From NCBI GenBank assembly GCA_965644295.1, contig CBFFRP010000150.1, forward strand, positions 372,001-436,000: a DNA stretch of 64,000 nucleotides, given 5' to 3'. The position numbers and the translations under genes were made by a program. Of this stretch, positions 51,819 to 62,886 are shown in pieces. This DNA is from Paraphysomonas bandaiensis (lineage: Eukaryota; Protista; Chrysophyceae). The notes under the pieces are model-generated. The model was not told the origin of the DNA. It saw nothing but the letters and a program-made list of their open reading frames with translations, and made no database searches. Position 1 is the stretch's first letter. Each line of letters opens with the position of its first letter.

Positions 51819-52994
51819 ATGTTTTACCCGAGCAGTCATTTAATCGGCTACTTGTTAGCCATATGTACGATGTGTGCTTTTGGGTCATTTGGAAGTGTGA
51901 GAATGTTGTGCCGAGCCGACTCACCGGTCTTTATCATTGCTTATATCACTGGTCAAATCCTTATGGGAACCATATTTATATGCAGTCTTGGTGTGGCTGG
52001 CACCAAAGAGACGAATATGTTTCAGCATGGCTCCTTTTTCTCTGAATTTATTAGTACTGGTGACAGTGAACATATATTTTCGCTTATTCTCGGTGGTTTT
52101 GTGGTGGGTCATGGTGACTTTTTAATCCTCACAGCATGTACTCGCATTCCATTCAGCATTGCATTTCCCATCCACGCAGGGTATGGCATGGTACAAGGCA
52201 CCTTGCTAAACATTATAATTGAAGGTTTTCATGGTAATTTGCTACTACTGTCATCTGGTATATTTTGTGCACTGGTTGCCATCGTATGCATGGCTGTATC
52301 TGATAATTACGCTGAGGATTCAACCTCTCGGGTGTCGTCGCACTTGTCTTATGAGAAGCGTACATCCTTTACATCTATCCTGTCGTCCGAGATTCAGTGG
52401 GATGAGAGTGTGTACTCACCTTTAGTGGAATGTGGATCAGCAGATGAGTCTTCATCAGAGGAGAGATTGACGTCTAAACGTTTCGTGAACCCATGGGTAT
52501 ACGTTTGTCTACTTGGTGGAGTATGTGGGGGGCTGTGGAGCCCGCTCACAACTCTTGGGCGGACTGGTGAGAACTCTGTTGACAACCCCTACATGAGTCT
52601 GTTTCTATTTATGTGCGGCCAAAGTCTCTCTCTACCAAGTGTGCTGTATATATATGGGTTCGAAATGATCACTCGTGAGACTGACTGCAAACCTGTTACG
52701 ATGGATAAGTTTTTTATCAGCTACTACGAGCTTCCATTTCGGGACAGAGTGTTTGGAACAATCACGGGGTGTATTGTTAATATGGGTTACATGTGCTACT
52801 TTATTTCCTCTGAAGTTATTCCTTCAACAGAATCGTTTGCAATTGCCCACTGCGCACCTCTGGTTACTATATTTATTGGAGTTGTGTTGTTTCGACAACT
52901 CAAAAATGCAACATTCGTACAGTCTGCTCTTATCGCATCTGCTACTTTATTTTTTGTCGGTGCGATAAGTCTAATTGTGTTGTCTGATGTATAG
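51819..52994 (+). CDS. ureide permease-like DMT-superfamily transporter, intronless
   Basis: About 10 TM segments in a 5+5 arrangement with a central Ser/Glu-rich loop. LLAICTMCAFGSF, FSIAFPI...VQGTLLN and CAPLVTIFIGVVLFRQ resemble UPS/GRP-type permeases. Confidence 0.7.
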   Translation: MFYPSSHLIGYLLAICTMCAFGSFGSVRMLCRADSPVFIIAYITGQILMGTIFICSLGVAGTKETNMFQHGSFFSEFISTGDSEHIFSLILGGFVVGHGDFLILTACTRIPFSIAFPIHAGYGMVQGTLLNIIIEGFHGNLLLLSSGIFCALVAIVCMAVSDNYAEDSTSRVSSHLSYEKRTSFTSILSSEIQWDESVYSPLVECGSADESSSEERLTSKRFVNPWVYVCLLGGVCGGLWSPLTTLGRTGENSVDNPYMSLFLFMCGQSLSLPSVLYIYGFEMITRETDCKPVTMDKFFISYYELPFRDRVFGTITGCIVNMGYMCYFISSEVIPSTESFAIAHCAPLVTIFIGVVLFRQLKNATFVQSALIASATLFFVGAISLIVLSDV

Positions 52995-53833
52995 TATAAT
53001 GCTGTATTTTACTGTCATGGTTATAGACTAAGTACTTAATACTTAATATAAACTTATTATAGAATATATTGGATATGTGATATGTAGGGGTGTAGGGAAC
53101 TTCTTGTTTTGTATGAAGAGTGCTATTTTAACTTATGACCTACCAGTTTTTATCGCACTCCATCTACTTCAGCACTCCATCTGTTTATGAGCAGATTATC
53201 TATTGCATTGTCAGAAATAAACAAATAAACCACTTTAGTAGTACGATTAGACTTTATTTCGGCGGATATTCAGTTCATAAGTGCAATAACGTTTATGTTA
53301 AGTAATGATTGAGACTATTACTGTAGTGTCCCTATTGCTCTACCGTTGATTATTCAACTTCTCCTAAGTAGCATTTTCGTAACCACATGTACAGAGAATA
53401 TACCCTGAAGTAAAGTAGTTAACTCTTGACAAGTTAAGCCTTAGACGTATTGATAAATAATTTGTATTTAAGCACAAAAAAAACAATTAAAATATAAGCG
53501 ACAGCCCTGTCTATTGCACTGGGAACTCGGAAAGTATAAAGGCACAACGTCAATATCCCTGCAATGTCTAGAAGGACTAGATCGGTAAATCGGAAAAAGG
53601 AAATAGAGCAAGAGGTGGGAGTCTGCATCCTCAAGCTAGAGCGGTGGACTGAAGAGGGCCTGCAATATAATGCAGATTTAGGTGCAGCGTACTGAACGTT
53701 TCACGCCCGTATAGACAAAGACGGTTTGCATATATCGTCAGAGTCGGAGAAAAGGGACTGGAGGATGAAGAAAGTGAGACAAGCTCCACAGGTTGCTCAA
53801 GTCATAAGAGGAGGAGCCTCCTAAAGTTCATGC

Positions 53834-54143
53834 ATATCTGACCAGGTATCTGACATTAGCATCAGGTAAGTTCCATGGCAGTCCTGTATGCACGCTGCGT
53901 ATCGTTTCTTTTAGTCGCCTAATTTTGCCGTCGGTTTTATCAAGGTGGTCGCCAACTCCTGCAATGTCGATCTCCATTCCGGGATTCAAGGCTCTGAGAG
54001 GCAAGATCGACATTGCAGGAGTTGGCGACCACCTTGATAAAACCGACGGCAAAATTAGGCGACTAAAAGAAACGATACGCAGCGTGCATACAGGACTGCC
54101 ATGGAACTTACCTGATGCTAATGTCAGATACCTGGTCAGATAT
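53834..54143. repeat. perfect 140-bp inverted repeat with 30-bp spacer, derived from a Ty1/Copia-like integrase fragment
   Basis: 53834-53973 is the exact reverse complement of 54004-54143. The arm translates to IDIAGVGDHLDKTDGKIRRLKETIRSVHTGLPWNLP. Confidence 0.9.
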
Positions 54144-54357
54144 ACAAACAGCCGCATGAACTAGCCGCATGAACTTGTGAATGCCAATTGCAAATGGCAC
54201 TGCAGTAGCGCCGCGAGTGGCACTAAATGGACAGGCGAGTGTACGGGTTCTGTACCGAGTCCTTCTCTTTTTGACTACCACGACAAGGTAACGGGGGTAT
54301 TCTATCCGTGTACGATCCGTTAACGAGTAGACCGAGTATCGTATTTTTCTCTGCATT

Positions 54358-54441
54358 GTACGTATGTATGTATGTATGTAGGTAGGTAGGTAGGTAGGTA
54401 GGTAGGTAGGTATGTGTATGCACAGCAGTGTGTGTGTGTGT
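54358..54441. repeat. compound microsatellite (TATG)n(TAGG)n(TG)n directly upstream of the fusion gene
   Basis: Directly visible. Confidence 0.9.
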
Positions 54442-54530
54442 TGAACACCACTACTGTTCTATATCAGCCATTCCATTACACTATCCCTCTATAGAAACAC
54501 TTCACACTCTTTATTCCTCTACCAATCAAA

Positions 54531-57500
54531 ATGGACGTAATTGAAATACTTTCTCATGATCCTCAAGTATTGGGATACTTCCTTGTACTCGGTGTATCTA
54601 TGATCTACTGTTTTTCCCATTCAAAAAAGAAGTGGGCTTCTATCGTATCTTTAGGGGCCATGTCTGTGACTTGGTATTATATACTTCGATGGACTCTTCA
54701 TTATAAACGTAATGGTGGTATGAACTTATTTGATGATGCATATATTGATGTTGTTATTCCTCCATATTGGGGGGTTAGTTCTCAGTTATTAACGTGGGTA
54801 GTGGTGGCTTCTGTATGGATGCATGAGGCCAGTCCTTTCTATATGATGTTTGGGATGTTAGGAGCGATGTCGGCTGCGTTCATAACGTGGGTTCCAAATA
54901 AACCTAAATCTAGCAGACATGTCCCACTGATATTCGTTCCTTCCTCTATACTTTCTCTATTGGCTATTTCAAAGTTACCGACAACACTTAATTCTTCAGT
55001 TGAGTTTAGTTTTTGGCTAAAGCTTCTTCATTTTTTACTTGTGCTGCCTCAACTTTGTAGTGTGTTCTTACCGCACATGGTAGTTATGGAGGGGTCTCTG
55101 TTGTATGGTGTGTTAGCGGTTATTGTGATTCCTTTTCACTTGCTATCCGATACACACTTCGTCTATCCGTTTCCAACGACCGACTGCCAACTTTCAATAG
55201 GTTACGATTTAGTTTTATGTTCTCTTATTACACTATATGCAATCCACTCTCATACGCACTCCCTACTAAAGGTTTCCGTAGCATGCGTGCTATTGCCTGT
55301 AATATCCCCAGCTGGAGTCTTAGCTTTGTTCCTGATGATGATTCACAGTGAAGGACTTCATTCTCGATTAGTCACATATATTCAACGAACAGTCGCTCAA
55401 TACTCTCACTCCTCATCTTCTTCGACGTCAACTTCGAGTTCGTCGATGCCATTGTGGATGAACCTTGGACTGGGCTGGGGAGTTGACCATGCCGAGTATT
55501 CTAAGGCATGTATGTCCCTTGCACACCGTCTGGGTGAGGCTCTACTTGAACCAGGAGATGGGGTCTTGTCCTGTGGATGCGGTTATGGTGCTGAGCTACT
55601 CTACTGGAAAGAGAAATTTGATCTCGCGCATATCACAGGAGTTGACTCTAACGAGGAGGCAGCTAGAAACTTCCCTCTCGGTGACAACATTCGACTCCTC
55701 CACCTACCAGTATCTCAACTGCGACAAAAATTTGAACACAACATACCCGTAAATAAGATACTAGCACTTGACAGTATTTACCATTTCCATGACAAACCCG
55801 GCTTCTTTGATGACTGTATGTCACTATTGAAAGCGGGCGGTGCAGTGGGAGTCACAGACCTGGTTCATACGGAGAATACGATCCCTCACTGGCTGTTAAT
55901 CATGTTGCGGTGCATGAATATATCTGTCGGGCATCTGTGGACGAAGGAGAAGTATATAGAATATCTTGAGAGCTCTGGGTGGGTGGATATTTCTGTCGAA
56001 TCATTGCATGCTCCTCATGTTTTAGGACAGTGGTTTCCGTCCCAATATATGAACCATCTTGACTACGTGCTGGTTACTGCCCGTCGCCCTGCTGAAGTTG
56101 GCCTACCTCCTCGTCCCACTGTAGCGGTTGTTGGATCTGGGTTGTCCGGACTCACTGCGGCTCATTTGCTTTCGGGAACGCATGACGTGACGATTATAGA
56201 AGCCAACGATTCTGGTGGTCTCAGTGGGGAAGGTGTCGAGATATATGGGCAGACAGTCGACATTCCTTTACGGATCATAGGCAAGGGGTACTATAATGAC
56301 GTCGAAAAGCTTGCGAGATCTCTGGATATTGAACTTGGGCCGATTAGGGATGATTACCTTACACAGCAGAACTACGGAGACAATGGTCCTTGTGGCACAC
56401 CTGTGTCGTTCAGCTATACTCACTCGTGGTTTTTTAACATGATATCCTCTCTGCCCCATGTCGTTGATATGTATCGATTTCATCGCTCTGTGTATCATGA
56501 CAGAGAAATTACAGTAGACGAGACTTGGGGGGAATGGATGGATAGACATGGGTATAATGTTCAGAGGTACTGCGAAAGTACACGAGTAGATAAATTATCC
56601 AATGCTGAGATGATTGGAGAGGACGGTGTATCAACCACCTCACCTAACCATAGTTCGTTTATAATGTGGATGATGATGGGGCAGGCTAGCTGGATGTTGT
56701 CATGTTCCTATCAGCAAGTGATTGATTATCCCGCGAGCATTATCTTGGCATTTATAAAAAGCTTGGGCCTTGGAGGAGATGTTGGAGATGCCATTCACTC
56801 CTCATCCAGCAGATCTGGGCGCATGATGCGGATCCGCCCCTCCATGAAAGCACTGGAGAATGCATTGACATTTGGGGTGAAAACTAAGTACGGATTACGT
56901 GTGAAGGGTGTGGGCCCGGATAAAGTCATTGATGATGTAAAATATGATTATATCGTGATAGCGACTGAAGCTTCGGCGGTTAAGCATATTCTCTCGCCCT
57001 CGCTGCGTCCAGACGTGTTCTCTCGAGTGCAGTATCAGCCAAGCTCTATCTACCTCCACACTGACGAGACCCTTATGCCAGAGAAGAAGGAAGACTGGAG
57101 AGTGTTTAACATTTGTCAGCAGAAGGGTGAGAGTATGTGTATGCTTACGGCTTGGTTGAACGAGTACTACCCCGATTCTCGTTTCCCCACTAATGTATTC
57201 CAAACTTGGAATCCCCATAAAACGCCCAATAATGTACTCAAAGTTTGTAACTTTTTGCGAGTTGTGCATACATCGGAAACGCGTAGTATATTAGCTGAAA
57301 TTGATGAACTTCAGGGGGTCCATGGCATATATTATGCTGGGGCCTATTCTGTGGAAGGAATGGGCTTACTGGAACAAGCAGCCAAATCAGGACGCAAGGT
57401 GGCCGACATGATTAAGAACGCACTTGATATTGCCCATACAAGTGGAGTCAGTAAGGATAAAAGCTCTAAAATATCTTCTCCAAATAGATCGATTAATGTT

Positions 57501-57557
57501 TCGGAGAGACGAATAACTAGAAGTATGACGAAAAAGAAAAAACAGAGATTTGTATAA
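54531..57557 (+). CDS. fusion: polytopic membrane domain + class I SAM methyltransferase + FAD-dependent oxidoreductase (COG2907/amine-oxidase-like), intronless
   Basis: About 8-9 hydrophobic segments in aa 1-270, then a poly-Ser linker. MTase motifs WMNLG, VLSCGCGYG, ITGVD, ILALDSIYHF, LKAGGAVGVTD. FAD-domain motifs VAVVGSGLSGLTAAHLL, YLHTDETLMP..KEDWRVFN, LQGVHGIYYAGAY...GLLEQAAKSG. Confidence 0.85.
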   Translation: MDVIEILSHDPQVLGYFLVLGVSMIYCFSHSKKKWASIVSLGAMSVTWYYILRWTLHYKRNGGMNLFDDAYIDVVIPPYWGVSSQLLTWVVVASVWMHEASPFYMMFGMLGAMSAAFITWVPNKPKSSRHVPLIFVPSSILSLLAISKLPTTLNSSVEFSFWLKLLHFLLVLPQLCSVFLPHMVVMEGSLLYGVLAVIVIPFHLLSDTHFVYPFPTTDCQLSIGYDLVLCSLITLYAIHSHTHSLLKVSVACVLLPVISPAGVLALFLMMIHSEGLHSRLVTYIQRTVAQYSHSSSSSTSTSSSSMPLWMNLGLGWGVDHAEYSKACMSLAHRLGEALLEPGDGVLSCGCGYGAELLYWKEKFDLAHITGVDSNEEAARNFPLGDNIRLLHLPVSQLRQKFEHNIPVNKILALDSIYHFHDKPGFFDDCMSLLKAGGAVGVTDLVHTENTIPHWLLIMLRCMNISVGHLWTKEKYIEYLESSGWVDISVESLHAPHVLGQWFPSQYMNHLDYVLVTARRPAEVGLPPRPTVAVVGSGLSGLTAAHLLSGTHDVTIIEANDSGGLSGEGVEIYGQTVDIPLRIIGKGYYNDVEKLARSLDIELGPIRDDYLTQQNYGDNGPCGTPVSFSYTHSWFFNMISSLPHVVDMYRFHRSVYHDREITVDETWGEWMDRHGYNVQRYCESTRVDKLSNAEMIGEDGVSTTSPNHSSFIMWMMMGQASWMLSCSYQQVIDYPASIILAFIKSLGLGGDVGDAIHSSSSRSGRMMRIRPSMKALENALTFGVKTKYGLRVKGVGPDKVIDDVKYDYIVIATEASAVKHILSPSLRPDVFSRVQYQPSSIYLHTDETLMPEKKEDWRVFNICQQKGESMCMLTAWLNEYYPDSRFPTNVFQTWNPHKTPNNVLKVCNFLRVVHTSETRSILAEIDELQGVHGIYYAGAYSVEGMGLLEQAAKSGRKVADMIKNALDIAHTSGVSKDKSSKISSPNRSINVSERRITRSMTKKKKQRFV

Positions 57558-58584
57558 TTAATATCGAATATTGATTTGACTATTTTAAAAAACCAGAATA
57601 TCCTAATTATATAGGATGTTCTAGATGAAAGATTATTCTGAGCGTGACGTGTGTCAACATATGAGATTTAAAGTCATAACGTTGTTGATATACCTTTAAT
57701 CATAATATCTAACCGATTTTGGTAAATGAAAAGCATAGATATGTAAAGTATTTTAATAGAAGTACGTATTTATACAAGGACTAGAGAATTACTAAGTAAC
57801 CTTTTCTCTGAACATTTCTCTGATGCTAACCTTGCCTTACACGTAGCACGAAACCTTCAACTTACTTTGGTGAGCACAAATTATTTCCAAGAAAGAGTTG
57901 TAACCTAAACACTACTTCACATATTATTATTTATTATACATGTAACATCTGGCGAACACATTTTCTCTTGTCTCCTGAAAATAATATATATGTTTATCAT
58001 ATAATATATATTTACAAGTAAGTATTGTATCATAAATATCTCCTATATATACATATATATACATATACTACTTACACATCAGTGTAACAGAATGTATTTC
58101 CATTACTATATATAACTAAATTTACTCTTAAATTCTTGGCAATGATAGACGTTCAAGAGTTCAGTCAGAGCTAATTTAGCATTTCAATTTAACTAGTGCT
58201 TAACTCTGAAATCCGACTATTTAATTTTAACGCGAAAGTGCGCCACCGCAAGTACCAATGTGCAACCACGTCTCATCCAGCCCCCACTTCTCACATCACG
58301 CACTCATATCACCAAACCGCAGCGTCAGCGTCTCCGCCAGTTATTTCTGCGCCCCAGGTCGAAATAGTAAACTGCGTCTCCTCATGATGATCCAGGACCT
58401 AGTAGGTCTACTACTACGCCTCCACCCATCGTATCTCTCACGCTCGGTACTCTCACTTCCCTAATACAGAATCCTGTACCCCTTCACAATGCTGCGGAGC
58501 CTTACCCCAAAGGACGTTCCCCTGACTGTAAACGAGCGTTGATCCTGATAAAAAATAAATAATTATTTATACACATCATTCACG

Positions 58585-59305
58585 AGCGAAAGTAGTCGCA
58601 CTCTGGTGCTTGCGGTGACGCGCAAGCAACTTTCGTAGCATTAAATAATAGTAGGATATCAGAGTTATATTAGTAGTTTATGGTAGTAGTAGATGCTTAT
58701 CTAGCTTTTGAACTGGTCTGTCCATCTACTAGCTAATAAGCTGGCTCTGACTCTGAAACGCCTATTGCTAATAAACAGACATTCGGTGTCAAGGTTCGGT
58801 TTATCAGGGGGACCCCGTTTTTGGTAGGGGTGCGCAAAGCTTGAGGGAGGGTCAGAGTTCTGTAGATGGGAAGATAATGCCTAGTGGCGTGATGATGTAG
58901 AGGTGTAGAATCTGTAGAGAGTCTCGGAGCGCCGCTGGCTGCAGAAGTGTATAAGTTGGACGTAAATAGAGCTGACGGAGTCGCCTACGTTGGGGTTCGC
59001 GTGTCAGAGGAGTAGAAGATATGTTCCTTCAGCTGTGATTCTTTGCTGAGGCACCATCGGGTCCGAGGTGGGGGAACTTATGGGTTGTGTGTTGATATTA
59101 TAATACGATGGTATATAGTAATATTACATTGTACATTAAGCGGAGTCGGTTGCACCTTGGTGCTTGCGGCGACGCACAAGCAGCTTCCGTTGCGACAAAT
59201 AGTAGGATATTAGTATTAATATGTGCTAGACACAGAACGATGCTTAGTTTCAAACTCTTAGCGTTTTAATACAATGTCATGCCTATTGCTAAATAATCAG
59301 ACAAA
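58585..59305 (-). repeat. two truncated copies of dispersed repeat family A (58585-58785, 59140-59305)
   Basis: GGTGCTTGCGG.GACGC.CAAGCA.CTT, AATAGTAGGATAT and GCCTATTGCTAA are shared with the other copies. Confidence 0.75.
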
Positions 59306-59334
59306 CGTTAGCGTGATTGTATAGTATTATAAAG

Positions 59335-59775
59335 CAGGGCTAGGGAACAAAATATTGCAATACCTTTGTTAGATAGCATCGAATCATATTATATTATTAT
59401 AGGTAATTAAAACCTCCCAAACAATGTATTCGTATCAAAAATTAATAATTAAACATGCGTAGATTTTATTTGTAGCACTATAGTCAATAATATCACGTGA
59501 TAATCAAACACACTGCGCTGGTAAGCAAAGCCTACGTACTACGTACTGCTAATCATAACTTTCCTCTTACTTATCCTCTGAGCCATCATCGGTGACGTCA
59601 TCATGACTACGTCAAAAATTGACTTGAAAGTTCATTGTAATGAGAAACTTGTTAGATCATTGTCTGTTGTCTGTATTGAATTCTGTGTACGCTTTATTTT
59701 TACCAGGGCTAGGAAACAATATATTGCAATACTATTGTCAGATAACGTTCCATCAATATATTTTTACATATATTA
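59335..59775 (+). repeat. two direct copies of a CAGGGCTAGG.AACAA.ATATTGCAATAC end (hAT-like terminus)
   Basis: Copies at 59335 and 59704. Confidence 0.55.
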
Positions 59776-60085
59776 TATTGTAACGGGTATATGTTGTGAT
59801 GCCGTGAGTTTAAAATACTGTCTTCTACGAGTAAAATATTTTCCTCATAGCTATAATATTGTGCAAAACCAACGACGCATTAATTCTACCTTTAAATTCG
59901 TGTTTATTAAATTAAAGTAAAACAAAATACAAGTAGATCAACAGCAAAGCTGATAAGTACTTTAATATATATTGCCTCACTTAAGCACGAACGTGTTAAA
60001 TAACTGTAAAAAACAAATCGCATTTCACCAATATCAATTTTATAATACACAGCGTGCGTAGTGACCATTTATACATATATACTAG

Positions 60086-62886
60086 TCATCTGAATTCATC
60101 AACTTTTTCATAAAAAAAAGTTCGTAGCATGTGCCGGCACACCTCCATCAGTTGAAAAGCATTACAACGCTCTGCTACCGCTAATACTTGTTCCACAATA
60201 TCAAATGTAACCTATACCATTACGAAGAATTAGAAGTGTACATGTACCTTTATCGGCATCTCTTCGGTGCAATAAAGGCAACTTATTTCTGTGATATATA
60301 TTGCCGTATATATACATATAAGTCATATATAGCACTGGAATAGAGTTCGTTGACAACTGCTTAGGTTCATAATAGACATAATGTGACCCCAGTTTCCACA
60401 CTTACCATCGGGGCAAGGGCCACCTCACACATCTCTTTCAGGTGAGACATCATGTACTCATCCGCAATCTCTATCAGTCTAAGCGTTTGGTTGACGGTTT
60501 CCTTCCCCACTACAGCACCAGTCAAAGAGTATTTTTCATCTTCAGTGTCATGAGTAGATTGCAATGTTTGAAGCGGTTCCGGAGCCTAAGGCATACTCTT
60601 AGAAGAGCGATAGCAGAGTCTCAATATATGAGACACTATGCACATATCCAAATTTGGAAACTATCAACATTGGAGTAGCTCAACTAAATTAAAAGACAAT
60701 TAATACCTCTCCAGTGTACATGTAATCGAGTAGATAGCAGAATGTAGTGTAATCAGTCTCTTGGAGTACCACTTCTAGCTGCCTCGACTCCTGGAACCCT
60801 AATGAACAATCGCTCAGGTGCAGTGGTAGAGTCACAAAAGTATAACTATTTTCAAATGGCCTAGAGTACTATAGAAGTCACAACACAATACTAGTTAACG
60901 CACCATGTTGAAACATCGCTCGAAACCTGCGTTGTACCTCGTCATGCACCGAAATATAGAGATTGAACCTTACCTGTCACACGCCAAGCTCAGCACAAGA
61001 CGGTGTCCAGGTACTCTCCTTCCGTCCACCAGAAATACTACATCGGACATATCCTCACATCGTACCAAACTCCTCAACCGGTCTCGCATAAGTGACGTGC
61101 ATGGTGCAGACGATACCTTTACTATAGGGGGCGAATCGGTATCCAGAACATGGATGCTACAAGCAAATTCGTTTCCAAATACTCCACCAATAAAATATAT
61201 CAAACGCCCAACAGCAGTGGCCGTGTGGCCAGCTCGTTTTCCAGGACCATGTCCACCGACAGCAATAGTACAGTGCACTAAATCAGGGTCAGACATCCCC
61301 TCTTTATCTCCATCTAGAGTGGGCACCGAAACATCCCTCGAACTCTCACCAACATCCTGCAACACGAACTTTCAAACACACACTCGTATGGAGAATAGCA
61401 CAAACACAATACGAAACATATTCACACGAAACAGTGGAATATGGCAGTCGGTGTAGTCGTACCACACATGTCTTCCAGCAGTACTGTTCACCCTCATTTG
61501 AATCCAATTTCATAAGGACCTTTAGATCATCATACCTCTGAGATGACGGACCACTTCCTCCAAATAAAAATACATTTCCTGGAAGAGAAAAATCACATGA
61601 AAAGAAAAAAAATCAACTGTACGAAATAATATGTGCGCGATTTCTAGTGGAGCAATACCATGTACTGCCGTTAGAGACATGCCGGAACGGGGCTGAGGAG
61701 AGGGGCCGCAGATTATAGGCTGGCTCCAAGCGAGACTGGTAGTATGAAGGATATGGAGGTCATTGAGCCGCTCTCTACCATTCCATCCACCGAATATGAA
61801 CATGTCTCTAAATCATATTCAGCTAACCACATAAAAGAGTTTTGTTTCGAGTTGATACGAATATGATTTCACAATGAACAGTTACACAGTACTCACGTGC
61901 CAACCAGAATACTACTATGGTTGGCTCTTCTGGATGGGGGAGTCCCGCAAACAACCATGTCAACCCATTCATGCGAATCTAATAGACAGAATGAGAGTGG
62001 AATAGAAACTAATGAATATGTGCATACAAAGATAATATACACAGAATTCTCAGTAACACAGAACATTATGGTTGCTTTCCAATAGCAAATATTAACACTA
62101 ATTAGAGAAGAGGCATATATATTAGTAAATTGCCGTCGTCGATGTATACTACCCACCCACGTCATAGGCATGCAGTTCATTTAGATACTCTCGACCATCT
62201 CCTCCTCGAAAGACAACAATAATATTTAAGAAATCAATGTACTCCGCTGTATGCATATTACACTTTGGGGCAATGTCAGAGTGTGGTGTCGGGAGCCATG
62301 AAAGTGTATCCACATTGAATCGATGCACATCATTTCCAGCACTTGGGCCACTTTGCAACCACCCTCCAATGATATATATCTCTCTGTAGCATTCACATAT
62401 AATGACAAGCAAAATAAAAACTGAACGACATAATACATTATAACATGTACATATTTTATGATATAATAAATTATAGCGTGTAGATATATACCAGTTTACC
62501 ACTGACATGACCCCACAATATATTGAAGTGAATAGTATCGTCTTTATTTCCACTAGCTAGACATATTCATCCATATACAACTTCACATATCATATTGTAT
62601 CCCATTTCTATACATAATAACACATACAAGTGGTGTACCTGCGCACTAATGTAGCCGTATGACCATTGCGGCGTTCAGGTGGTCTGCCGGACACAGCTAT
62701 GCCTCTATTCCACTTATTACACGATATCTGAAATGTTTGCACCACATTATAATTAGTGAGACCATTATATCCCCCAAATATATAGAGGGTATCGTCTACT
62801 AGAGTAGCAGTGTGGTTCTTTAGATGAGGGGGGTGATTAGATGAGAGGTTAACTCGATCCCATTTAAGTATTTTATTATTTAACAT
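60086..62886 (-). CDS. Kelch-repeat + BTB/POZ protein (LZTR1-like), multi-exon
   Basis: Kelch repeats HTATLV..LYIFGGYNG, RRNGHTAT, MFIFGGWNG, KRAGHTATAVG. BTB segment SDVVFLVDGRRVPGHRLVLS and ADEYMMSHLKEMCE. Confidence 0.88.

Noticed and set aside
58650-58665. tRNA-iMet primer-binding site (GGATATCAGAG) in repeat family A
   Set aside because: No copy has the required TGG start, and no adjacent LTR CA end or gag ORF is present.
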